DNA of 64,000 bases from an uncultured delta proteobacterium (lineage in GTDB: Bacteria; Myxococcota_A; Polyangia; Polyangiales; Polyangiaceae), in NCBI GenBank assembly GCA_963716725.1, contig CAVQUB010000010.1, forward strand, positions 1 to 64,000, given 5' to 3'. The notes below the pieces were generated by a model that was not told the origin of the DNA, made no database searches, and worked only from the letters and a program-made list of their open reading frames with translations. Each line of letters opens with the position of its first letter. The stretch's first letter is position 1. Shown piece by piece: positions 8,823-19,041 of this stretch. Both the position numbers and the translations under genes were made by a program.

Positions 8823-10345
8823 ACGACCCTGGGAAGTCCCACCCCTTCGGCTCATGATTGATCGGATCCCATCTGGGACCGGGCAGCTCGGAAGCCGATC
8901 TCGTAGTCGAGGAGCTTCTGGTAGCCCCGTCCTAACGTTTGCCACCCGGGTGCGCCGTTGTTCTTCAGATGCCCGCCGAGTCGCGCGACAGCGAATAGCG
9001 CTTGCTCAATGGTCTGCGGGACGGCCGGGAGGCGGAGCTTGAACTTTATGAGGAGCAACTGGGGCTCACTCAGGATCGTTGTTGCCGGTTGCTCGGGTGC
9101 GACGCGGGCTAACGAGCGCATGAGCAACAGGCGCCAGGCGATGGGCAGGAACACGGCGAGCGCGTTGCTCAGTGCCTGATACGACTCGAGCTGTCGTTTC
9201 TCGAGAGAACACCCTTGCTTGAGTGCCTTGAAGAACTCTTCGATCACCCACCGACTGCGGTAACAGTCCACGACGGTCGCGAGTTCGGCGACGGTGTCAA
9301 TGGGTTCGGTAGTGAGCAGCACCCACTCGACCGACGGCTCGCCTTCTGGTGGTTGGAGTTCCCAGACTCGAACCACGTTGAGTTCGATGCTGCGCGTCTC
9401 ATGTCGAGTGTTGCGGGGGCGCAGCACAGTCAAACGTTTGCCTGCCACGGCGACCTCCGCGCTCCGGGCGTTGCGAGACGGGTGCTCTTTTGCAGCATGC
9501 GCGCGACTGCTCGGTTTCCTCGATGACACCGAGATCGTGCGAAAAAACTGCGGTTCGAGCGTTGAGATTGCACTGCGCAAGCAGATGCCTATTTCCTCAG
9601 TTACTCGGTCGTGAGCCGAACGGATGACGTAGCGCGCACCGAGTTCCTGCGCCTTCGCCAGGACCTCGAAAATGTCCGCTTCGCGGTCCATCACGTGAAT
9701 GAGCGCGCTGCCGGGGCAGCGTGCATGGACGGCCTCGAGCATGGCCGGCCAGCGCAGTGATTCGCGCTCGGGGTCTCTCCGACTGACAGACCGGCGGCGC
9801 CCGCGTCCACCCTTGTGTACGAGGCGGACGTGTCGCTGTAGACCCAGAACTCCGAGTGGCACTCGCTCCTCGCCGGGAAGCACGGCCAGCGCCACGTGTG
9901 CGAGAAACCCCTGGCTGCCGCCGGACGTGACGCCCAACCCAGCTCGCCGACTGGCGCCGCCGAGCGATACTTCGGTCGTATCGTGCGCGACGATACACAG
10001 GCCAGCGGAACTCACACGCTCCACCGTCGCCGACAGGTGCGGGTCAAGGATCTGCTCCGCGTCGAACTGCTCGTTGCGCAGGAATCGGTAGACTCCCTCA
10101 AGCTCGGACGGAGTGTCGACAGCCTGCGGAAACCCAACACCGGGCGCCGCCATCAGTTTCTCAGCGAGCCAACCGAGCCTGTCACTGCGCCGCTTATCGC
10201 CGAGCTGAGAGCCCTCGAACTCGTCCGAAATCGACCGCCCTAACCATTCTGTTGCCGGCATTTCTCCCGTAGATCACACGCGCCGTCCGCTCGCAATGAG
10301 ATGTGTTTGATCATGAGCCGAAGGGGTGGGACTTCCCAGGGTCGT
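8823..10345 (-). mobile_element. IS4-family (IS50/Tn5-like) element bounded by a perfect 36-bp inverted repeat
   Basis: 8823-8858 ACGACCCTGGGAAGTCCCACCCCTTCGGCTCATGAT is the exact reverse complement of 10310-10345; the true IS ends may be internal (CTCATGAT at 8851 / ATCATGAG ending 10317). Confidence 0.85.
8852..10261 (-). CDS. IS4-family transposase
   Basis: LGDKRR..RL N-domain, AHDTTE, VMDREADI, YRSRWVIEEFFKALKQG, ARLGGH..GAPGWQTLGRG. Confidence 0.95.
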   Translation of the reverse strand: MPATEWLGRSISDEFEGSQLGDKRRSDRLGWLAEKLMAAPGVGFPQAVDTPSELEGVYRFLRNEQFDAEQILDPHLSATVERVSSAGLCIVAHDTTEVSLGGASRRAGLGVTSGGSQGFLAHVALAVLPGEERVPLGVLGLQRHVRLVHKGGRGRRRSVSRRDPERESLRWPAMLEAVHARCPGSALIHVMDREADIFEVLAKAQELGARYVIRSAHDRVTEEIGICLRSAISTLEPQFFRTISVSSRKPSSRAHAAKEHPSRNARSAEVAVAGKRLTVLRPRNTRHETRSIELNVVRVWELQPPEGEPSVEWVLLTTEPIDTVAELATVVDCYRSRWVIEEFFKALKQGCSLEKRQLESYQALSNALAVFLPIAWRLLLMRSLARVAPEQPATTILSEPQLLLIKFKLRLPAVPQTIEQALFAVARLGGHLKNNGAPGWQTLGRGYQKLLDYEIGFRAARSQMGSDQS

Positions 10346-10592
10346 CGACCAAAAGCTCCTCGCGTGATCGGAACGCATCGACCGCCAGGCCGATCAGCAC
10401 TGGCCTGGGTCGCGCCGCTTCCCGCGCGACCGCGCGACCTCGGGCGAGCAGCCCGGCCACGGCGCCGCGGATCCGTTCGATGAGCAGCGTGACCACGCTC
10501 GAGTTGTCGGTCACGCCCACGACATCTTCAAGTCTTGTTCTCGGCCGCTTTCGGCGCGATCATGTCGCGGATGTGCGAAGTAGCCACCACAA

Positions 10593-10676
10593 GTGGGGCC
10601 ACTTGCCGATGGCATGGCCGGTTCTGTTCCCGAATGGTGCGATTCGGAAGTTCTTGCCCAAGGTGATCTCGCGACC
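10593..10676 (-). pseudogene. Possible relic of a polymorphic toxin C-terminal domain
   Basis: GREITLGKNFRIAPFGNRTGHAIGKWPH resembles an Rhs-CT motif recalled as RIAPFGNRTGH..G..PHYHRR; breaks off after PH. Confidence 0.45.
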
Positions 10677-10714
10677 GAGCAAACCTGCCGTTCCAATTCC
10701 AGCGGTAGGCGGCT

Positions 10715-10992
10715 CCGATGGCCACAGGCGCAATTGGCCAGAATCCACTCTTGGCCAGCCCAAGTGCGAGAAGGTTCATGCGGTTGGGCGTTTCTTCGAA
10801 CTGGTCAAAGGAACACCAACGCCGCCGCGCCGAGTGCAATCCCGAACAAGCCCTCGACAAGCAGTTGCCCTCTGGAGGAATCGGCCATCGTCCTCGCCCC
10901 GAAGAACAGATGGCGCAACCTGAAGGTGGGTCCGCTCCCGGGCGGCCTCCGCCACGCCTCGAGAAGCAGGTAGCATCCGCCCGTGATGCAGC
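10715..10992. repeat. 278-bp dispersed direct repeat, copy 2
   Basis: Matches 2390-2667. Confidence 0.92.
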
Positions 10993-11020
10993 CCACACCC
11001 ACGACAAGCTTGAGAATCAT
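10805..11020 (-). CDS. Small 2-TM protein (71 aa), putative immunity protein for the orphan Rhs-CT
   Basis: MILKLVVGVGCITGGCYLLLEAW...LFGIALGAAALVFL; starts 4 bp after the Rhs-CT stop. Confidence 0.7.
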   Translation of the reverse strand: MILKLVVGVGCITGGCYLLLEAWRRPPGSGPTFRLRHLFFGARTMADSSRGQLLVEGLFGIALGAAALVFL

Positions 11021-11024
11021 GCTG

Positions 11025-11738
11025 CTAGTCGCTCCCCCGGGTGACGCCCGCTGTTCCGACCGCGTTGCCAACGATTCCGCCAAGTGCTCCGTAGCTCTTG
11101 AACCCGGGAACGGCTCCTCGCGACACGTAGGTCCCGGGGAGACTTCCGCCAACTGCCGGATTGACCGTGATGACATTGGAGCCGATCTTCGCCGCAACTC
11201 CGGCGCCGAAGCCGGCACCCGCGCCGAGCAGTGTCGCGCGCCCCACTTGGCCGAAGTCGATGCAACTGCTTCCGAGCACCTGCCCAAACAAGTCGTTCGC
11301 ACCTGCCGCCGCGCCGCCCACCACGGCACCGCCGGTCAGACTGGTCGGCAACGTCGCGATCGCACCAGTGCCAGCTCCGAACGCGATGGCCATGCCAAAC
11401 TCAGCACCGGACATTTGGCCCGATTCATGCGAGTTCCAGTTCGAAAAGGCAGCCGCCGCGCCACCGATTACCGCCCCGCCGGCCTGGAGAACCCACAACC
11501 CCGTCGGATCGAGCCAGTTGACCGGGTCGCCGAGTGAATAAGCGTACAGGTTCAACCCACCCGTGAACAACACCGGATCCTTCGTCGTCCACCGCCCGAT
11601 CTCCGGGTCGTACTCCCGGGCACCGAAGTGAACGAGCTTGGTATCGGCGTCGTACAACCCGCCCGCAAACCCCAACGGTTGAAATCCCGGTGCAGTGTCG
11701 CCGGTGACCACTCCCCACGCATCCAGGCCTGCCCCCAT
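11025..11738 (-). CDS. Orphan Rhs core-end plus Gly-rich hydrophobic C-terminal toxin module
   Basis: [31 protein letters not shown]...[10 protein letters not shown], near-identical to the core end of the main Rhs gene, then a different CT. Confidence 0.85.
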   Translation of the reverse strand: MGAGLDAWGVVTGDTAPGFQPLGFAGGLYDADTKLVHFGAREYDPEIGRWTTKDPVLFTGGLNLYAYSLGDPVNWLDPTGLWVLQAGGAVIGGAAAAFSNWNSHESGQMSGAEFGMAIAFGAGTGAIATLPTSLTGGAVVGGAAAGANDLFGQVLGSSCIDFGQVGRATLLGAGAGFGAGVAAKIGSNVITVNPAVGGSLPGTYVSRGAVPGFKSYGALGGIVGNAVGTAGVTRGSD

Positions 11739-12140
11739 CCGCGCGTCCTCGGCCGCTGCGCGGCCTGCGGGCGCTCGACTTCCCCCAAAGCCGTGCTCGC
11801 AGGCAGCGCGGCGAGGTGTGCTCTGAACCGCGCTGCCCGACGCTGCGCGCCGCCTGCTGCGCGCGGCAGGGGGAAGTGCGCGCCTCGCGTCCGGGGACGT
11901 CTTGCCAAGACCGGCGAGGTCTTCGCGCGCGGAGAGGTTGTGCTCCACCGGAGACGTCCCGGCAGCAGGACCGAGCTCAGCCCCGGCCGCGCACGAGCCG
12001 CGCCACGCGCACGGTGAGGAGAGTCGTGGCTGGTGAAGCGGTGGCGCGCGGGCTCGGCGAAGCGCGCGGCTCGCGCGTGTCACGGCTCCTGCGCAGTGAT
12101 GGGTCAGAGCCCGGCCCCGCTGCCGGGACAGGAGGTCCTC

Positions 12141-12498
12141 GTGAATCCCATCCGTCGCCAGGTCGTTCTCGAAGCTCGGGCTCACGCCATGCGTGGCGCG
12201 CCGACGCGCAGCGAGGAGGCGCTCTGGCGCCTGCTCTCGGCGGGCAAGCTCGGCGTGCTCGGCCCGCAGGCAGGTGGTGCTCGGCGGCTTCATCGCCGAC
12301 TTCGCGGTGCCCGCAGCGCGGCTCGTCATCGAAGTGGACGGTCCGTGTCACGCGCGGCAGCGCGCGCGCGATGCGCGCAAGGACCGCCGGCTCGCGCGGC
12401 TCGGCTGGCGGGTGCTCAGGCTCGACGCGGAACTCGTGCTGGGCGCGCCGGAGGAAGCGCTCGCGCGCGTGCGGCAGGCGCTGGCGCTGGCGCCGTGA
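12141..12498 (+). pseudogene. DUF559 / Vsr-like endonuclease, frameshifted near 12260-12270
   Basis: GGAGG + [16 protein letters not shown] in one frame, [31 protein letters not shown] in another. Confidence 0.8.
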
Positions 12499-12903
12499 GC
12501 GCGACAGGACCACGACCAGCTTGCTCCGCCGCGGCCCGCGCCACCACGCCGGGCGCCAGACGTCGTGCGGCCACCACTGCTCGCTCGCGTTGACGCTTCC
12601 AGATCGTGGTTGGCCGCTCGCGCGGCTCGGGATCCGGCGCGCGCGCTGCGCGTGCCCGCCGTCGTGCTCCGCCGCGCCGCGTGTGCTCCGTCGAACGCGA
12701 GGCTCATCGCGCGTCGAGGAGGCGAAGGCGTGCCGTGCGTCGAACATGCTGGTGGGCCGTGCAGTGATTGTCGCCGAGATCGTGCGCTGGGTGATGCGAA
12801 AAACGACTGCTTTCGGCCGGGGAATGGCGCTGGACCCACACACGGTGCCCCAGCGTTGCTCTGCTCGAATTTGTTCCTGGGTGAGAAACGGCAACCGCGC
12901 CCG

Positions 12904-13572
12904 TCAGCCAATCGCTTCACCGCCGGGGCGTGCAGGGCGCCGGACATCGGGGTAGTGAGTTGCAACGAGTTCGGCCACGTACTCGATGCCCTCCACCAAC
13001 GTCGGGGCGCGGATCGCCAGCGGCAACCTGGCGCCTTGGTGTTGCCCGACGTGGTGCCAGCGGAGCTGCGTCGAAAGCTTGTGTTCGACCGCTTCGAGCA
13101 GGAACTCACGTTCAAAACTGTCCCACCGCTTCCATGTGCGCTCATCGAGGATGTGGCCCGGCGGCACCTTGACAATGCAGATGACGACTTCGTTCTTGAA
13201 GCTGCACAGCAGCTCAACCATCCCCCGGGCCGTGGGTACCACGAAGCGCAGCGCGCTGGGTGCAAACGGCACGACGATTCGCTCGAAATGCGTCCACCCC
13301 ATCTTCGCAATTACCAGCGGAGTCAGTGAATTCGCATTTCGGCGCCAGCGACCCACGCGCACGAGGCCCATGAGTTCGAGTCCCGCGGTCAGTCCACCAA
13401 CCAGGAACATGATGCCTATTGCTTGCGGCAGCACCGAGAGCGCGGCGTCGCGGCGCACCAGCCAAAGCACAAGGGGCATGGACTGCCACGCGAAGAAGCT
13501 TGCCGCAGCGCGGAGCACTACCCGCCTCGGAGTCGGCACTGCGACAGTTACCACTGTGGGAAAGTCGGTCAA
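12904..13572 (-). CDS. Membrane protein (~222 aa), putative cognate immunity protein of the main Rhs toxin
   Basis: TTG start overlaps the Rhs TGA (TTGA, 13569-13572); two N-terminal hydrophobic segments. Confidence 0.65.
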   Translation of the reverse strand: MTDFPTVVTVAVPTPRRVVLRAAASFFAWQSMPLVLWLVRRDAALSVLPQAIGIMFLVGGLTAGLELMGLVRVGRWRRNANSLTPLVIAKMGWTHFERIVVPFAPSALRFVVPTARGMVELLCSFKNEVVICIVKVPPGHILDERTWKRWDSFEREFLLEAVEHKLSTQLRWHHVGQHQGARLPLAIRAPTLVEGIEYVAELVATHYPDVRRPARPGGEAIG

Positions 13573-16500
13573 TTCGGACCCGGGTAGGGACTGCTGTTCG
13601 ACTCGGGATCCGGCAACGATGCCGTCAGTGCGCCAAGGAAGTTCGCGCCTAGCACGCCGGCTGAGAATCCGAGGGTTGGCCGGAATGCGTCGGGGAATGC
13701 CATGGGCGAGAGGTTTGGAATGAAGCCACCAGTTACGTTGCGCCCCTGGACGGCTGGCCCTCCGATCAGCCCACCCAGCGCCCCATACACTGCCGCGACT
13801 GCCGCGCCGTCTGCGGACCACGCACATGTTGGAGTTGTAGCGAGATAGGTCGCGACGTTGGCCGCCGCACCTATGCCAGCGGCAGCCCCACGCGACCCTG
13901 GCACGAGCGCGCCTTGAGCAAAGCCTATCCCGCCCGCCATGGCGGCGTTGGACCAGCTGACTGGCCTCCCGGCGATCTTCTGGCCCAGCGCATTCGCCGC
14001 AAAGGCCGCCGTCCCACTGACGGTCCCCGAAATGAGAGCGACTGCCAGCAGCGGAGTCCGACCGTCAGGGTCCACCAAATCGATTGGATCATTGTTCGCG
14101 TAGGCGTACAGATTCACGCCGCCGTGGAAGAGGGACGGATCCTTCGTCACCCACCGTCCGATCTCCGGGTCGTACTCCCGCGCGCCGAAGTGAACGAGCT
14201 TGGTATCCGCGTCGTACAACCCGCCCGCGAAGCCCAACGGCTGAAATCCCGGTGCCGTGTTGCCAGTGACCACTCCCCACGCGTCGTAGTCCAGGCGCTG
14301 CGCGATCGCCCCAGTCGAAGCGTTCACGACGAGGCGCACGCTGCCCAGTTGGTCCGTCAAGAGCCGATAGACGACCCCACCCTTGATCATCACGTCGGGC
14401 GAGTGTCGCCGCGCGGCGTACACGAACTGCTGAACGACCGCGCCGCTCGCGTCGAGCACCGCCACGAGACGATCTTCCTCCGCGTACAAGAACCGCTGCT
14501 CGACACCGCTTTTCGTGCGCGACACGCGCCGCCCGAAGCCGTCGAGCGTGTACGTCACGCTCGACCCGTCCGGGAGCGTCGCGTTCAGCAGGTTTCCTGC
14601 CGCGTCGTAGGCGTATTTCGTGGTTTGCGCGCCGTCGACGCGGGCCGTGCGCCGACCCGCCGCGTCGTGCTGGTACGTCACGCCCTTGAAGTTCGTGATC
14701 CGATCTTGCACGTCGTACCCGGCCACCGTCGAGCTGTCGACCGTGGTCCGATTGCCGCGCGCATCGTAGCCGTAGCTGTGGCCGTCAGCGCCTATCAGGC
14801 GGCCGTCGGCGTCGTAGGAGTACGTCACGCTCGACTGCGGGTTCGCTCCGACTTTGTCCGCGCGCGTCGAGGTGCGACCGACGGCGTCGAACGTGAGGTC
14901 GAGTGTGTAAAGGTTGCTTCCGGCGTAACCGGTCGCGAGCGTGGTCAGATCTCCATAGGTGGGGTCGTATGTCACCTTGGTCGTGAGTGAGCCGAGGGAG
15001 ATCGACTCGAGGCGACCGCTCTGCGAGCTTCGGTTCGAGAGATCCAGATCGAAGGACGGCGAAGCCGCGCTCGCGTGCGTGATCAGCGAGTCGTCGTCGA
15101 ATTGGTAGGCCACGGCCGAGCCGCCGGTCGGCGACTCCGAGCTGATGCGTAGATAGTCATCGTAGGTCCAGGCGACGTCCTTCTGGGCGCCGCTCGTCCA
15201 GGCCGTGCTCACCCGGTCGATGAGCTTGCCCCATGCGCCGTAGCCAAAGCTGGTAGCGACTCCGGAGTTGGTGGTGATCGACGCCGGGCGGGCGAGGGAG
15301 TCGTAGCTGAGAATCGTGGTGGCCGAAGGCCCCTTGAAGGTGAGCGAGTGCAGCGTGCCTCCGGCAGCTCCCGGAGGGTTGTAGCTGGCCGCTACCGACG
15401 CGCCGTTCGGCCAGGCGATGGCGGTCGGACGATGGTCCGTGTCGTGGCTGTACGTCGTGAGGTCGAGGGGAACGCCAGCCACGTTCGGTGGGTCGTAGCT
15501 GTGGAGTGCGCCGAACCACTCTGGCGCGAGCGCGTGTGCGGGTCCGCCAGCGCCCTGGGGTCGAAGCTCCGTGAGGTTGAAGCTCGGATCCCACGAGAAG
15601 CCCGTGTCGGTGCCCGCGGTCTTGCGCTGCTTCAACAGCCCGTCGAGATCCCACGTGAAGCTCGTGACGAGGTCGGTCTCTGCACCGAAGGCTCCAGCGG
15701 CGATGCTCTTCAATTGGTTCGTCTTCGCGTCCCAGTCGAGGCGCAGGCTTCGGTTCGCTTGCTTGATGCGCGTGATGCGGCCAGGACCCTTCGAGCCAGA
15801 GTCGTACTCGATCTCGATCGCGGCGACCTCTGGCGAGGGAGAGTCGGGGGCCACCTTCGCTGCGCGACCTGAAGCGTCGAGCGTGACCGCGACCTTCCGC
15901 TGCTCTGGTGTCATCCAGCGCACGACGTTGGGGCTCGCCGCGCGGTCGATGGTCTGCTCATACGCGAGCCCGGAGTCGGCCGCGTCTTTCTTGATCCGAA
16001 CGGTTTCCGTCAGCTTGCCGAAGGCCTGCGCGTCCGAGAGATCCGTCGCGGTGCGCTCGCTTCGCACGACCAACACCTTGCCACCCAGATCCAGGATCTG
16101 CTCGAAGGTGGCGGACGCCATGCCGAAGCGTGGATCGGTGATGGGCTTCGACGTCAGCACGGCGCCGTCGGCGAGCGTGACCGTTCGCTCGCCGCCGACT
16201 CCGAGCTTGGCCGTGACGCTGGTGCCATCCGCATACGCAATGGCGCGCTGGGTACTTTCGTCCAGGAGTCGCTGGTTCGAGTAGCTCGTGACCAGCCCCT
16301 GTGCCGTCTGAACCGCGACCGAGGCGCCGGTGCCTTGGGCGGCTCGCGTCAGCTTTCGGAAGGGTGCTCCGGACTGCGTCTTCTCGTCGCGGTCCGCCGT
16401 GAGTCGGCCAGCTGCGTCGAAAGCGAAACTGTGGTGGTGCACGTCCTGATCGAAGCTCACGAGCAGCCCGTTGCCGCTCGGATCGGACCCGAGCTTCCAC

Positions 16501-18779
16501 TTGGAACCGTTGCCGAGCGTCGTGACTTCGCTCAGCCAGGCCTGCGGATCGCGGCCCAGGCTCACCCCTTGCCCAGCGGCCCCGCGGATCCCGAGAGGCA
16601 CGCCCTCGGCGTCGCGGTCGATCGTCGTGACGAATCCCACGGCGTCGCTCGCGGCCCCGAGCTCCGCGATGCCGGTGAGCAGCTTCGCGCCGGCGTAGTC
16701 CGAGTACTCGAACCTCAGGCGGATCTGTCCACTCCAAGCGTCGAGCGTCTTTTCGTGACGGCCCACCTCGTTGAAGACGTACAGCTCGCTCCCATCCGCT
16801 GATGGCACCGCGTAACCGCCAAGCCCAACAGCGGGCAGGGGGGACGCGATCTTCCGAACCGTATCGCAGCCGCCGGTGTCCGACACGTACAGCGCGCGGT
16901 CCGAGCCGATCACGATGCCGTCCGGGCTCAGGAACCTGGCGTCTCGCGCCGGGCCGCCGTCGCCGGAGCACTGAGCGCCGCCGGCGCCGGCCACCGTCAC
17001 GACCATGCCTTCGTGAGTGATCTTGCGGATCCGCCGGGTGATCTCCTCGGCGAAATACAGCGCACCATCCGGCGCGACGGCGAGGCCTCGGGGCTGACCG
17101 AGCTCGGCGGCGGTCGCGGGGATGCCGTCGCTCGTGCCGTCGCTCCCACCTCCCGCCACCAGATGGATGCGACCACTTGGATCGACGCGGCGGATGCGAC
17201 TCGTCTGATTGTCCGCCACGAACAGGTTGCCGCTCGCATCGAGCGCGAGCCCCACGGGATAGGTGAGCTGCGCTTGCGTGGCGAAGCCGCCGTCGCCGCC
17301 CGTCCCGGGCGCGCCCTTCGCGTTGATGGTGGTGGTGACGGTCCCGTCCGTCGCGAGCCGTCGCACCTTGTTGTTTCCCGTGTCAGCGATGAAGACCGCA
17401 CCGTCCAGCCCAACGGCGAGGCCAAGCGGACTGCTCAAGGCGACGCCCGCACCCGGGCCATCCGGCCCGTCGCCGACCTTGCCCGTTCCCACCACCGCGA
17501 CCGGCGACTTGCCGGGCGCGACGCGGAGGATCCGATGCGCTCCCGTCTCCGCGATGTAGAGCGAGCCGTCTGGTGCAAACGCGATCGCCGAGGGCGCCAG
17601 CAGATCCTGGACAACGCTCGTCTTCTTGCCACCAACGATCTTCACGATCTCGCCCCCCGGGTTGGTCCCGGGCACGGTGAGGTTGTGGGAGCTCGCGACG
17701 TGAAGCGTTCCATCCGGCGCGAACGCCAGGCCCCGGGGCACGCTCAACGAGTCGGCGACTTGCGCGATCCCTTGCGGCAGGGACGCGGAGCGTAGCTCAC
17801 CACCGAAGCCGAGATAGAGGGTCTGCGACGCCGGCGCGTAGAAGTGGTGGACGCTCAGCGTCCACCCTCCGAAGCCAAGGTTCTTCGCGTTGATGGCTCC
17901 CAGAGTGCTCCGGAACACGTTCCACAGCGTGATCTCCTGGCGAGTGACGTTGGCGGTGTAGCTCGCGGCACTCGAGGGCAGGCCAAACTGGGCGGTGGGC
18001 CCATACTGACCCGCGTACACGAGCCCCACCGGAATCAAGACGCGCGCGCTCCGCGAACCGGAGGAGTCCGTTTCCTCGAGGCCCGCCACGACCGTCCAGG
18101 TCGCGGCCCCGGGCGTGATCGACGTCTCGGAGTCGAGGCGAACGAGCTCGACTGGATCCAACTTCACGTACTGGCCCGCCACGGGATCGACCACGCGCTC
18201 GGCGCTCAGAAATCCAGCCTTCTCGAAGCGCAGGCGCACGGGGACCCCGGCATTCACCGCTATGAAAAAGCGACCCGTTGGTGTCACCGATGCATCGGGG
18301 CTGCCCCACTCCGTTTCGACTTGGCCGAGGCTCGGATCGCTGACGACCTTGACCGTCGCACCGGGGAGGCCGCTGAGCTTCGCGGCCTTTCCGGTTGGGC
18401 CGTTGACCGTCCCAGCGATCACGCTCCCGCGCACCGCGTCGAGCTTCGAGCTCACGCTGGTTCCGGTCGCATCTGCCTGGAGCGATGGCTGCCCCGTCGT
18501 GAGAAAGCTCACCTGCCGACCGAGCGGCGCAGGATCGGGCGGCAAGCTGCCCGCGCAGCTGGTGTAATTGGGGTAGAAGCAGTCGCACTCACCCGAGGCG
18601 CTCTGCGCGCACTGAAAGCATGCGGGATTCGACGGGTGGGCGCTGCATGCCGGGGGCTTCTTCTTCGTCGCGCCGCTTTCGTCGTCGCACGAGCAACCAG
18701 AGAGACTCGCCGCGATGGTGGCTACCGCGATCAGCAGCGCGTGACGAATCGCGCTTCCTGCCCTCTCCGTCCTCCCCAT
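13569..18779 (-). CDS. Teneurin-like NHL + YD/Rhs-repeat polymorphic toxin lipoprotein (1736 aa)
   Basis: Lipobox SLSGC; GGWTLSVHHFY..LYLGFG; multiple NHL repeats (P.GLA...DG.LY.AD); YD repeats; Rhs core ending DPIDLVDPDG; Gly/Ala-rich hydrophobic CT. Confidence 0.9.
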   Translation of the reverse strand: MGRTERAGSAIRHALLIAVATIAASLSGCSCDDESGATKKKPPACSAHPSNPACFQCAQSASGECDCFYPNYTSCAGSLPPDPAPLGRQVSFLTTGQPSLQADATGTSVSSKLDAVRGSVIAGTVNGPTGKAAKLSGLPGATVKVVSDPSLGQVETEWGSPDASVTPTGRFFIAVNAGVPVRLRFEKAGFLSAERVVDPVAGQYVKLDPVELVRLDSETSITPGAATWTVVAGLEETDSSGSRSARVLIPVGLVYAGQYGPTAQFGLPSSAASYTANVTRQEITLWNVFRSTLGAINAKNLGFGGWTLSVHHFYAPASQTLYLGFGGELRSASLPQGIAQVADSLSVPRGLAFAPDGTLHVASSHNLTVPGTNPGGEIVKIVGGKKTSVVQDLLAPSAIAFAPDGSLYIAETGAHRILRVAPGKSPVAVVGTGKVGDGPDGPGAGVALSSPLGLAVGLDGAVFIADTGNNKVRRLATDGTVTTTINAKGAPGTGGDGGFATQAQLTYPVGLALDASGNLFVADNQTSRIRRVDPSGRIHLVAGGGSDGTSDGIPATAAELGQPRGLAVAPDGALYFAEEITRRIRKITHEGMVVTVAGAGGAQCSGDGGPARDARFLSPDGIVIGSDRALYVSDTGGCDTVRKIASPLPAVGLGGYAVPSADGSELYVFNEVGRHEKTLDAWSGQIRLRFEYSDYAGAKLLTGIAELGAASDAVGFVTTIDRDAEGVPLGIRGAAGQGVSLGRDPQAWLSEVTTLGNGSKWKLGSDPSGNGLLVSFDQDVHHHSFAFDAAGRLTADRDEKTQSGAPFRKLTRAAQGTGASVAVQTAQGLVTSYSNQRLLDESTQRAIAYADGTSVTAKLGVGGERTVTLADGAVLTSKPITDPRFGMASATFEQILDLGGKVLVVRSERTATDLSDAQAFGKLTETVRIKKDAADSGLAYEQTIDRAASPNVVRWMTPEQRKVAVTLDASGRAAKVAPDSPSPEVAAIEIEYDSGSKGPGRITRIKQANRSLRLDWDAKTNQLKSIAAGAFGAETDLVTSFTWDLDGLLKQRKTAGTDTGFSWDPSFNLTELRPQGAGGPAHALAPEWFGALHSYDPPNVAGVPLDLTTYSHDTDHRPTAIAWPNGASVAASYNPPGAAGGTLHSLTFKGPSATTILSYDSLARPASITTNSGVATSFGYGAWGKLIDRVSTAWTSGAQKDVAWTYDDYLRISSESPTGGSAVAYQFDDDSLITHASAASPSFDLDLSNRSSQSGRLESISLGSLTTKVTYDPTYGDLTTLATGYAGSNLYTLDLTFDAVGRTSTRADKVGANPQSSVTYSYDADGRLIGADGHSYGYDARGNRTTVDSSTVAGYDVQDRITNFKGVTYQHDAAGRRTARVDGAQTTKYAYDAAGNLLNATLPDGSSVTYTLDGFGRRVSRTKSGVEQRFLYAEEDRLVAVLDASGAVVQQFVYAARRHSPDVMIKGGVVYRLLTDQLGSVRLVVNASTGAIAQRLDYDAWGVVTGNTAPGFQPLGFAGGLYDADTKLVHFGAREYDPEIGRWVTKDPSLFHGGVNLYAYANNDPIDLVDPDGRTPLLAVALISGTVSGTAAFAANALGQKIAGRPVSWSNAAMAGGIGFAQGALVPGSRGAAAGIGAAANVATYLATTPTCAWSADGAAVAAVYGALGGLIGGPAVQGRNVTGGFIPNLSPMAFPDAFRPTLGFSAGVLGANFLGALTASLPDPESNSSPYPGPN

Positions 18780-18838
18780 CGTTCGGCCGGAGCCACTCTA
18801 CGCCAAACGAACGCGAAGTTCGTACACACGTCGTAGGT

Positions 18839-18885
18839 TGGCGCGCCCGAGAGGATTCGAACCTCTGACCTACGGCTCCGGAGGC
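18839..18885 (-). other. 3' half of tRNA-Arg(CCG): probable att junction of an integrated island
   Basis: Revcomp GCCTCCGGAGCCGTAGGTCAGAGGTTCGAATCCTCTCGGGCGCGCCA gives anticodon loop, T-arm and CCA; no D-arm or 5' acceptor strand upstream. Confidence 0.88.
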
Positions 18886-19041
18886 TACCGGAGCCCATTA
18901 TCAACCAGTCACAGCGGTTCGCAAAGCGACGGAATCGTTCGAGTCGCGCAGGGCCTTCGCGTCCAGCCATCCCAGCCGTTCGCACCAAGTAGCTCACCGT
19001 TTGCTGCACCGGTGCTGCAAGGTCGCCCGGCGCTGAGCGCG

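Noticed and set aside
11739..12329. N-terminal 197 aa of the 434-aa ORF 11025-12329
   Set aside because: GC-rich open frame overlapping the DUF559 gene on the other strand; Rhs similarity starts only near 11722
18839..18915. Intact tRNA-Arg gene
   Set aside because: Only the anticodon loop to CCA is present; upstream sequence lacks a D-arm and the 5' acceptor strand
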